DNA from: a virus
Lineage: Duplodnaviria; Caudoviricetes
Reading direction: 5' to 3' (one strand)
Length of the DNA: 40,257 nucleotides
Virus record (IMG/VR): IMGVR_UViG_3300014208_000017
Span: 1-40,257 of that record
Shown: piece by piece, positions 18,226-25,556 of the stretch
Numbering within the stretch: position 1 is the stretch's first letter
Layout of the letters: every line of letters begins with the position of its first letter
Notes under the pieces: model-generated
The model's input: the letters and a program-made list of their open reading frames with translations, nothing else
What the model was told of the DNA's origin: nothing
The model's database searches: none
Made by a program: the position numbers and the translations under genes

Positions 18226-19146
18226 ATGAAAACTAATAGTCAAACAAAAAAATTCAATCTACCTGCCTATGTTAATACTCCATTGTTTCTCTATCAAGAT
18301 GAGCGTCTAGATAAGCCAGCCACAACCATTGCCTCATTGATTTATTCATTCCATGCTTCCGGAAAAGAAATATCAGCCAGTACAGATTATTTTTGTGCCC
18401 TAGCTAAAACCACTAAAAGACACCTGTCCAGAATATTAAACCAATTGGAAGAGCTCAATTACATTAAACGCAGTGGATATACAAACAAGCGTGAAATTAA
18501 ATGGACCTATAACCCTAAATCTAAAATCATAATAACCGAAGATCAAACTAGGGACATGGATGTCGCTAGTGAAGAAACTAGGGACATGGATGACCCTAAA
18601 CTAGGGACATGTGAGTCCCTAAACTACGGACATGCAGGTCATACTAATATTAAAGAGGATATTAAAGAGGATATTAAAGATCTATATTGTGCGTTTCCTT
18701 CGGAAAGCACCCTTTCTTCTTTTGAGTTATTTTGGAAAACCTACCCTACCAAAAGGGCCAAAAAGAAATGTCTTGAAATATGGAAACGACGCAAACTAGA
18801 TTCAATAGCCGATGAGATACTTGAAAAGCTTAACGAGCAGGTTAAGAGCGATGCTCAATGGAAAAAAGGATTTATTCCAAATCCAGCCACCTATCTCAAT
18901 CAAGACCGTTGGCAAGATGAAATAACCATCTCACAAGAACAACGAAACCAAATTAAATATGAACAACGCCTGCTGGAACAAGAAAAAATAATTGAAAAGC
19001 AAAATAGATATGAACAAGACAAGCAACAGCAATACAACAAGGACGGCGCTATTTTTCGCTCGCTAAGCAAAGAAGTACATACAAGGACACCTCGACCCAT
19101 GCCAGAAGGATTTAAGCTATTAAAACAAGCTGTGGGAATAAAATGA
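18226..19146 (+). CDS. Replication initiator (lambda O-like): N-terminal wHTH, C-terminal replisome-organiser domain
   Basis: RHLSRILNQLEELNYI HTH; FELFWKTYP...FIPNPATYLNQDRWQDE; internal iterons. Confidence 0.85.
   Translation: MKTNSQTKKFNLPAYVNTPLFLYQDERLDKPATTIASLIYSFHASGKEISASTDYFCALAKTTKRHLSRILNQLEELNYIKRSGYTNKREIKWTYNPKSKIIITEDQTRDMDVASEETRDMDDPKLGTCESLNYGHAGHTNIKEDIKEDIKDLYCAFPSESTLSSFELFWKTYPTKRAKKKCLEIWKRRKLDSIADEILEKLNEQVKSDAQWKKGFIPNPATYLNQDRWQDEITISQEQRNQIKYEQRLLEQEKIIEKQNRYEQDKQQQYNKDGAIFRSLSKEVHTRTPRPMPEGFKLLKQAVGIK
18545..18680. repeat. Replication origin: four iterons plus AT-rich 12-mer repeats
   Basis: AAACTA(G/C)GGACATG at 18545, 18575, 18598 and 18621, forming imperfect palindromes TAGGGAC-N6-GTCCCTA; ATATTAAAGAGG tandem at 18647-18680. 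Confidence 0.8.
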
Positions 19147-19349
19147 GCAAACAAGACTTCATTAATTTTTTAATTGATGAGGGCAAAAGAAAATCATTTG
19201 CCAGTCATGAACATATTGTGAAAGAAGTTGTGTATTTTTCAGATACAAAAGCATTTGACGATGCTTTAAAAAAATGGGTGAAAGTTAAAAAAGTTAAACC
19301 AACTACAACTAATGGACCTCAACATATTTCTAATTGGATAAAAAAATGA
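19143..19349 (+). CDS. Hypothetical protein downstream of rep
   Basis: ATGA overlap with rep. Confidence 0.55.
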   Translation: MSKQDFINFLIDEGKRKSFASHEHIVKEVVYFSDTKAFDDALKKWVKVKKVKPTTTNGPQHISNWIKK

Positions 19350-19588
19350 TCTGGCTACGAACCTCTTTTGCCCCTTACTGTGAACGCAATAACGTCCATC
19401 TTCTACGCGAAGACCTGCAATTTATTGAAGAACAGCTCAAAAAAATACCATCTGACCGTCATAGACGCATTATGAAGAGTTATTTTGATGAATGGTGCTT
19501 AGGTATTGGTGAATGCGAGAACGCGTCACAGGTGATGAATGAGGGCCGTAGACGCGCTAATTTATATTTATTGGAAGTTTGTGGTTGA
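19334..19588 (+). CDS. Hypothetical protein
   Basis: Last ORF of the rightward block; C-terminal NEGRRRANLYL. Confidence 0.6.
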   Translation: MDKKMIWLRTSFAPYCERNNVHLLREDLQFIEEQLKKIPSDRHRRIMKSYFDEWCLGIGECENASQVMNEGRRRANLYLLEVCG

Positions 19589-19810
19589 TTAACTAATCGC
19601 AAACGCATTAACCATCTGCTGAAGTTGCTTGTTCACCGTATCCCAATTAGGGTCGGCAAACTTGTATACCTTGCGATTAGCTATGACGGTAATCATAGGA
19701 AGCTGCTCGGAGAAGTTACCCATGGTTTTGAAGCTTACCGCGTGTCCTGATTCTGCCAAACATCGGCATAGGAATTTTGCGCGTTCAAATTGATAGTCAG
19801 TGGGTAGCAT
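19589..19810 (-). CDS. Hypothetical protein
   Basis: AAGGAG RBS; last ORF of the leftward accessory block. Confidence 0.6.
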   Translation of the reverse strand: MLPTDYQFERAKFLCRCLAESGHAVSFKTMGNFSEQLPMITVIANRKVYKFADPNWDTVNKQLQQMVNAFAIS

Positions 19811-19813
19811 GAT

Positions 19814-19987
19814 TCACTCCTTGTCATCGGTCTGAATCATAGTATAAATCTCTTCGCGATGGACTGGAATGGAGCGAGGTGCCTCGATGCCTAAGCGAAC
19901 CTGACAGCCTTGAACGTCAAGTATGCGGATAACAATGTCGTGGCCTATGTAGATGGCTTGGCGAATATTTCTTGCTAGTATTAGCAT
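19814..19987 (-). CDS. csrA: Carbon storage regulator CsrA/RsmA homologue (57 aa; missing from the ORF track)
   Basis: Manual translation MLILARNIRQAIYIGHDIVIRILDVQGCQVRLGIEAPRSIPVHREEIYTMIQTDDKE; AAGGA RBS. Confidence 0.93.
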   Translation of the reverse strand: MLILARNIRQAIYIGHDIVIRILDVQGCQVRLGIEAPRSIPVHREEIYTMIQTDDKE

Positions 19988-20032
19988 GGTAGTTCCTTCT
20001 AGTTGTGGTTATAAATTCCTGTATTTCTGGAT

Positions 20033-20176
20033 TCATCCCGGAAACATAAAGCTAAATAACAAATTTAAGCCACCACACCATAGTCCAGTCATTAATGGGG
20101 TGAATTCGAATAAGCAGGCCAATGGAACGCCTATGCCGATTGCTGATAGCATGATGTAGAATTTATGGATGATCAT
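20033..20176 (-). CDS. Small membrane protein (47 aa)
   Basis: Manual translation MIIHKFYIMLSAIGIGVPLACLFEFTPLMTGLWCGGLNLLFSFMFPG; two hydrophobic stretches. Confidence 0.45.
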   Translation of the reverse strand: MIIHKFYIMLSAIGIGVPLACLFEFTPLMTGLWCGGLNLLFSFMFPG

Positions 20177-20612
20177 TCATTCCCCTTTCTATGTTTATAT
20201 TCATTGCAATATCCCTTGATTATTGTTGTTACAAAATCTGCTATCCAGCGTCCAATAGCGAATGCGCCGGCTATTTCCCATAGGGTTATGTCGTGAGTGG
20301 TCATTCTATTTCCTTTAGTTCTTTTATCTCTCTATTAACTAAATCCCTTAAATCTTCTAGTTCATGGACAATATATCTATCTTGCAATGCCATAATTGCC
20401 GTTATTAATGCGTTACGGCCCATGATGCGCATTTGTAATAGGATGTCTTTTTCATTCATCGTTTATTTCCTTTAATTTTTCGGATTGTTGGCACTCTATT
20501 TCTGAAATTAACCGCCAAGTTTTTTGTTTAAACATATCAGAAGCGGCTTCATTTTGTAGACTAACGTATCTTGCTATATTCAAAAGCTCCCATATTTGTT
20601 TTTCTGAAATAA

Positions 20613-20822
20613 TCATAATATCGCCCTCCCCAATTCATATTTCCCAATTTGTTGCTGTGCCGCTTCATTGATAGCATTCAATAGTTCATCTAATGTGCAA
20701 TTTAATCGTTTCATTGCTTGCTTTAGCAATACCCCGTAGTGCAATAGTTTGATATTATTGCTAAGTTCGCCATATTCAATAAATTCTTGGATTATTTGTT
20801 GGTGTTTTTCGCTAATTATCAT
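20613..20822 (-). CDS. Hypothetical protein
   Basis: ATGA-coupled ORF in the leftward block. Confidence 0.55.
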   Translation of the reverse strand: MIISEKHQQIIQEFIEYGELSNNIKLLHYGVLLKQAMKRLNCTLDELLNAINEAAQQQIGKYELGRAIL

Positions 20823-21016
20823 TCAAATTTCACTCCACATTTTAAGCAATGCAATGGCATGTTTAGCATTTCCGTTGGAGAATATTCGTGCTCGCAATAG
20901 TTGTCTATTAGGAATTGCAGCTTTATCATCAATCCTTCAGTATCATCATCCTGTGCCAATGATGTATCGACGTGAAACTTTAATGATTCCAGCTCTTCTT
21001 TCGTGAAGTCACTCAT
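20819..21016 (-). CDS. DFTKEEL-family Zn-ribbon microprotein, type A
   Basis: MSDFTKEEL...LIDNYCEH...CLKCGVKF. Confidence 0.7.
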   Translation of the reverse strand: MSDFTKEELESLKFHVDTSLAQDDDTEGLMIKLQFLIDNYCEHEYSPTEMLNMPLHCLKCGVKFE

Positions 21017-21240
21017 CTAACTTGCCTTATAAAATTACAGCTTGGGCAAATATCATAATCATGGCCATCTAAAAGCGAAATCCTGCGGCAATTTTTATGG
21101 GTACATGGCTTATCATGGTTGTCGATTAGGGATCGTATTTTGATTCTAATGCCATTTAATTTGTTGTTGGTTCCTCTAAATTCTGTTTCAGCGAAGTTAT
21201 GATACATAATGATTAACTCTTCTTTGGTGAAGTCATTCAT
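21013..21240 (-). CDS. DFTKEEL-family microprotein, type B
   Basis: MNDFTKEEL...LIDNHDKPCTHKNCRR...ICPSC. Confidence 0.7.
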   Translation of the reverse strand: MNDFTKEELIIMYHNFAETEFRGTNNKLNGIRIKIRSLIDNHDKPCTHKNCRRISLLDGHDYDICPSCNFIRQVR

Positions 21241-21452
21241 TGCGTTTCATCTCCAAACTTCATGCCGCACCTGGTGCATTTAGATACCCACCCGCCAATG
21301 CACTCTGTATCAGTATGCTCGCAATAGTTATCTATTAGGGAATTTAGCTTATTTAATAGTGCCAAACGTTCTGGGGTATGACCATAAGAACTCATGGCTA
21401 GGTTGTTGCTTGTTCTTAATCTTTTCAGCTCTTCTTTCGTGAAGTCATTCAT
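21237..21452 (-). CDS. DFTKEEL-family microprotein, type A
   Basis: MNDFTKEEL...LIDNYCEH...CTRCGMKF; start reassigned to 21452. Confidence 0.7.
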   Translation of the reverse strand: MNDFTKEELKRLRTSNNLAMSSYGHTPERLALLNKLNSLIDNYCEHTDTECIGGWVSKCTRCGMKFGDETQ

Positions 21453-21664
21453 CGCATCTGCCTTATATAATCGCAATTTGGGCATATATCGTAATCATGG
21501 CCATCGAGAAGCGAGACTCTGCGGCAATTTTTGTGGATACATGGCTTGTCGTAGTTGTCGATTAGAGACTGTATTTTGTTTCGCAAATCTAAATATGTAG
21601 AAGGATATAGCTCTACATTTCCATTTAAAATATTTTCTAGTTCTTCCTTCGTGAAGTCATTCAT
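21449..21664 (-). CDS. DFTKEEL-family microprotein, type B
   Basis: MNDFTKEEL...LIDNYDKPCIHKNCRR...ICPNC; start reassigned to 21664. Confidence 0.7.
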   Translation of the reverse strand: MNDFTKEELENILNGNVELYPSTYLDLRNKIQSLIDNYDKPCIHKNCRRVSLLDGHDYDICPNCDYIRQMR

Positions 21665-21815
21665 CTGTACATACCCATTCAATAGTAAGTAACAATGTAT
21701 GGCATTCTGCGCAATGACATACATTATCCGTGCAAAGCATAAATGTATTGTTTCCGCATTTACCGCAGGTCATGGTTTCTACGGTTTTTGGTAAATAGGT
21801 GACTTTTTCATTCAT
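21657..21815 (-). CDS. Zn-ribbon microprotein (52 aa; not in track)
   Basis: Manual translation contains CGKC...CAEC; overlaps both neighbours. Confidence 0.55.
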   Translation of the reverse strand: MNEKVTYLPKTVETMTCGKCGNNTFMLCTDNVCHCAECHTLLLTIEWVCTDE

Positions 21816-21957
21816 CTGTATAATCCCCAATTTCTTCTTTAATCTTCTCCAAAACAGGCGTCAATTTGGTAGAAGCACTCCTCCCATATTGCCGAGCCTC
21901 ATAGGCTTTTAAAGCATCGTAGATTTGTTGCCATTCTTGTTTTGTGAAGTTAGTCAT
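21808..21957 (-). CDS. DFTKEEL-related microprotein (MTNFTKQEW)
   Basis: AAGGAG RBS before ATG 21957. Confidence 0.6.
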   Translation of the reverse strand: MTNFTKQEWQQIYDALKAYEARQYGRSASTKLTPVLEKIKEEIGDYTDE

Positions 21958-21971
21958 TTGTAGAATTCTCC

Positions 21972-22196
21972 TTAATAAGCACTGGCATATGCATACCACA
22001 TACCATGGCCATCTTGTTCCGTTTCCCATTCCACGCGCCTATTTCCGCAATCGCATCTACGGTCTTCTGTATTCCATCCTGCGCATTCATTGTCAGTAAT
22101 ATCGTAGCAATTTTTTCCATCAAAGTTTTGTACAAAGAAATCATGGTCTTTAGGCGCATTATCTATGGCTTCTTGTTGGGTTTTATAAAGCTTCAT
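21972..22196 (-). CDS. Cys-containing hypothetical protein
   Basis: AAGGAG RBS; CAGW...RRCDCGNRRVEW. Confidence 0.6.
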   Translation of the reverse strand: MKLYKTQQEAIDNAPKDHDFFVQNFDGKNCYDITDNECAGWNTEDRRCDCGNRRVEWETEQDGHGMWYAYASAY

Positions 22197-22337
22197 CTGT
22201 AGAATTCTCCTTCTTATGTAGTTCACAATCCTTCACAAATGGCGAATCTAAGTTTGACATAGGATGCAACATCATTATTGTTCCGCACTTGTAGCACTTG
22301 CATTCGAGTAGCTCATTTTCCGGTTTATTTATGATTA

Positions 22338-23198
22338 TCATTTATAAAATTCCCCACATTTCTTGCATTTTTTATGTAAATAGCCGCTTACATGTGGGTG
22401 CGCTTCGCCATCACTTTCATGCTGGCATTCTTCCTTGGTAATATTATCTCTATGGATATATTCCCGGCATTTTATGCAAAAAATGTTTTTTGCTAGCATG
22501 TCGGGCGATATTGGACCTGTTTCATGCTGGCATTCAACCTTTTCGAGCTCATCCTCGAAATGGTCAAAGCCTTTTATTTTGCCTCCGAAGGGCGGCTTCC
22601 ATTCATTGCCCATGATGGCTTCATTGCGCAATTGTTGCCAATATTCAAGCTGCGCTTCGATTAATTCTGCTTTTGTGGGGTATAGTTCATATTCCTCATA
22701 TTGGTCAAATGATTGACCGTCGTTTTCATAACCGCCTTCATCATGCTGGTGTATGTACCAGTCTTGACCGTAGTCATTCACAATTTCATCTACTTTGAAA
22801 CTACCGATTTTCAAGTCATCCCGGAAGAACACCATCTGCCCAATGGCGTATTTTGGCTTTGGTTGGGTTAATTCGTTAGGGGCGTAATGAATCGCCATTT
22901 GTTCGCTCACAACCTTGGCTATTGTTTTCCATTGTTCAGTGGTAGCCATAGGAAACATTGGATATAGGTGTTTTATCGTTTGTTGCTCCCATTCTGTCAG
23001 CTCGTCTTTTGATTGGGTTAGGTCTTGGAGTTTGGCTATGAGATCGTCGATGTTTTTTAAATCTTCATCATATTGGTCTTTATGGCAAAGTGTAAAATAT
23101 TTTGTTCCTTCCAAACTGGAAATATTGCATACAAAATAATAGCCATCGGTTTTGGAGCATAATTCTTCTAAAAGTTTTAGCTTTTCATAGTCAATCAT
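22338..23198 (-). CDS. Mosaic hypothetical protein with two C-terminal CQHE...CxxC modules
   Basis: MIDYEKL start; PKYAIGQMVF domain; duplicated ECQHE modules. Confidence 0.65.
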   Translation of the reverse strand: MIDYEKLKLLEELCSKTDGYYFVCNISSLEGTKYFTLCHKDQYDEDLKNIDDLIAKLQDLTQSKDELTEWEQQTIKHLYPMFPMATTEQWKTIAKVVSEQMAIHYAPNELTQPKPKYAIGQMVFFRDDLKIGSFKVDEIVNDYGQDWYIHQHDEGGYENDGQSFDQYEEYELYPTKAELIEAQLEYWQQLRNEAIMGNEWKPPFGGKIKGFDHFEDELEKVECQHETGPISPDMLAKNIFCIKCREYIHRDNITKEECQHESDGEAHPHVSGYLHKKCKKCGEFYK

Positions 23199-23430
23199 TT
23201 TCAATCTCATAAAATATAGGCTCTTGGCCGTGAGTACATGAAGATTTTAAACTGTAGTATTGGCGTTCAGTAATAAAAAATCCTCTTTGCGGTGGGTAAA
23301 AAGTAAATCGTGGTGAATTCTCTCCTAACTGAAAATTTATTTTCTTGCCTTGCATTAACATTAAAATCATTTCTGTCGTTATCTGATAGTTGTAATCTAG
23401 ATTAATTTTCTTCTTTTCATGGTCAATCAT
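23191..23430 (-). CDS. Hypothetical protein (MIDHEK)
   Basis: Coupled ORF in the leftward block. Confidence 0.55.
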   Translation of the reverse strand: MIDHEKKKINLDYNYQITTEMILMLMQGKKINFQLGENSPRFTFYPPQRGFFITERQYYSLKSSCTHGQEPIFYEIEND

Positions 23431-23599
23431 CAAATGCCCATCCTATAATGTTAAGCAACGTTTCTTCCAAGCAATTTAATTCCTTTGCTAATAACTTTAT
23501 TAACATCTTTTGGCTTTGCTTGGCAGACATTATTCCTGCCTCAAGGTCCGCTATAATTAAAACAAGGGGGTGCTTTATTAATTCTTCACGGTCAATCAT
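23423..23599 (-). CDS. Hypothetical protein (MIDREEL, 58 aa; not in track)
   Basis: Manual translation; same start context as the 23430 gene. Confidence 0.5.
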   Translation of the reverse strand: MIDREELIKHPLVLIIADLEAGIMSAKQSQKMLIKLLAKELNCLEETLLNIIGWAFDD

Positions 23600-23875
23600 G
23601 ATTTTGTTTCATCCTATAATCCTGCAACTGCTTAATAATATCGGTTAGGTTTATTTCTAGGTCTTCGATTTCGTCTAGGGTCATACCCCTGTCATCATCA
23701 ACATCCGCAATCAACCATATATGGTGACGTCCTTTATAACCGCTATCTTTTATTTTCATGTTAATTTTCATTCTTGTAATCCTCCGACCTAGATTCCCAT
23801 TTCAATTCATCCAGCTCACGCTGTTCTTGTTCTAGCTCTGGCTCGTCGCCATGGAATTCATAGTTACTTATCATG

Positions 23876-24184
23876 TTAATATCCTCTTAATTTTCGTCTA
23901 TCTTCATGCGCTCGCTGATACATTTCTTCGGCACTTGGTGCGTCGTAATCTGGATCGTCTGGGCCGTCTTGCATTCGGTCTATGTATTCGCAAGCTGCTT
24001 CATGTGCTTGCTCATAGCTATCATAATATTCGTCGCTATCGATGCTATCTCGGCCTGTCCAAAATTTAAGATCAGGATCGTTAAGTATTACTTCCCACAC
24101 CCATGTTCCTATGTGTTCACCATCGCACCAGGTGTGGAATGTATAGCCATTGTATTTGTCTGTTTGTTCTTTGCAGTCGGTCAT
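23876..24184 (-). CDS. Acidic hypothetical protein
   Basis: AAGGA RBS; D/E/Y-rich early-gene composition. Confidence 0.6.
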   Translation of the reverse strand: MTDCKEQTDKYNGYTFHTWCDGEHIGTWVWEVILNDPDLKFWTGRDSIDSDEYYDSYEQAHEAACEYIDRMQDGPDDPDYDAPSAEEMYQRAHEDRRKLRGY

Positions 24185-24189
24185 TTTAT

Positions 24190-24402
24190 TTATCCTTTAT
24201 ATATTTCGACGGGATCTGGGATAGTAAAATGAGTAACTATCCATTGGCTTGTATTATATAAATCGAAGTCCATGACTATTCCTTCACTGGATTCACAGTA
24301 AAATCCAGTGCTATAATTAATTTCTCCATCTACATGTTTAAGGCGCAATATCAAACAGCAGTCTTTAACAATCTCGTAATCTTTCAAACTTAACCATTCC
24401 AT
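24190..24402 (-). CDS. DUF551-like protein
   Basis: MEWLSLKDY...VTHFTIPDPVEI, similar to 11258-11458. Confidence 0.6.
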   Translation of the reverse strand: MEWLSLKDYEIVKDCCLILRLKHVDGEINYSTGFYCESSEGIVMDFDLYNTSQWIVTHFTIPDPVEIYKG

Positions 24403-24588
24403 AACTTTAATCCTTGCTTAATTCTTGTTTAAAATTGTAAGTTGGTAAATCATATTTATTTTCTAAATCTTGGTATCTTTTGTCTTTGTTAATCTTGTAT
24501 CCTAAGCTTTTCATTATCCCCAGCTCCTTTAATTGCAGCTTTAATTGTTGTTTAGTCATTTTGTTATCCCCTTTGTTTGTATGCAGTT

Positions 24589-24617
24589 ATTATGCTAAAT
24601 ACTTCGCATAATGTCAA
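24589..24617 (-). promoter_or_regulatory. Leftward sigma70-type promoter with operator in spacer
   Basis: TTGACA-N17-CATAAT; overlaps TATGCTAAATACTTCGCATA (24591-24610). Confidence 0.75.
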
Positions 24618-24637
24618 TACGCATAAGTAACTTAATT

Positions 24638-24667
24638 TTGCTCAACAGGCCATGTTGTTGTTATAAT
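24638..24667 (+). promoter_or_regulatory. Rightward (late) promoter
   Basis: TTGCTC-N18-TATAAT with extended -10 TG. Confidence 0.6.
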
Positions 24668-24676
24668 GTATTTATT

Positions 24677-24708
24677 CGGGGTTACTCCCAAGGTTATCCC
24701 CGTTTTTT
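24677..24708 (+). terminator. Intrinsic terminator just downstream of the late promoter
   Basis: CGGGG...CCCCG hairpin followed by TTTTTT. Confidence 0.55.
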
Positions 24709-24822
24709 GTGAGTAATTTATGGCTATTAAATTTGAAGGTGATGTTTGGGATTTTGAGGCGTTGCACAAATACCTCGCAGATGTTAGTATTTTCATAGAT
24801 AAGTTAAAGGCAGAGTATCAAA

Positions 24823-25035
24823 TTGATTAGTTGTGATTGTTGTGGGCGGACTGGGCATATATTGGGATTGGGCGGTATGCAGAAGAAATGTCCTGAATGC
24901 AAAGGTGCTCGATTTGTTGCGGCAAAGCCTATTGAAGTTAAAGTTAAACGTGTACGTAAACCTAAGGTTGTAGAATCATGTCAGACGAATGCAAGCGAAC
25001 TCTCGGAAGACCTACTGGCTACAGCGACGAATTAG
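24823..25035 (+). CDS. DnaJ-type Zn-finger microprotein
   Basis: CDCCGRTG...CPECKG; basic tail. Confidence 0.55.
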   Translation: MISCDCCGRTGHILGLGGMQKKCPECKGARFVAAKPIEVKVKRVRKPKVVESCQTNASELSEDLLATATN

Positions 25036-25448
25036 CGGACTTAATCATACAGCGTTTTGAATCCCATCCTTATGGATTAAGACAGCTTTGCTCTATGTAT
25101 GATGATATGCCTAATGTGGATACCATTTATTCATGGCGTTCAAAATATGACGATTTTTCCGAACGTTTTCTAGCGGCTCGCAAGAAACAAGCGCATTTAT
25201 TGTTTGAAACCTCTGCTGATGACATAGCTGAAATCAAAGACTATTATTATGATGACCCCAAGACTGGCGCGCGTTCTGTTGATGCAGGTATCGTTGCTGC
25301 ACAGAAAGCGATAGCGCAGCATAAGCTTGGAATGGCAGCTAAGATACGGCCAAAAGATTATGGCGTTACATCTGTAGAATCGAATGATAACTCCTCCGTC
25401 ACCGATGTATCATCAGACGTCGTAAAAGAAAAAGAAAAGGATTTTTAA
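24978..25448 (+). CDS. terS: Terminase small subunit (Sf6 gp1-like)
   Basis: GRPTGYSDELAD.I...LRQLC...MP...TIYSW...F.ERF..AR; directly upstream of TerL. Confidence 0.85.
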   Translation: MSDECKRTLGRPTGYSDELADLIIQRFESHPYGLRQLCSMYDDMPNVDTIYSWRSKYDDFSERFLAARKKQAHLLFETSADDIAEIKDYYYDDPKTGARSVDAGIVAAQKAIAQHKLGMAAKIRPKDYGVTSVESNDNSSVTDVSSDVVKEKEKDF

Positions 25449-25556
25449 TGGCAGAGCCCAGCAAATTACGCAAAGAATTTGAAGAGCTAAAAGTACAGGT
25501 CAATCAAATGCAACAAGTGCTCGTTCAGTTAGCTAATTTATTGCATGCCCTAAAAG

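Noticed and set aside
20819-21664. Diversity-generating retroelement template/variable repeats
   Set aside because: No reverse transcriptase, and differences between paralogues are not restricted to adenines
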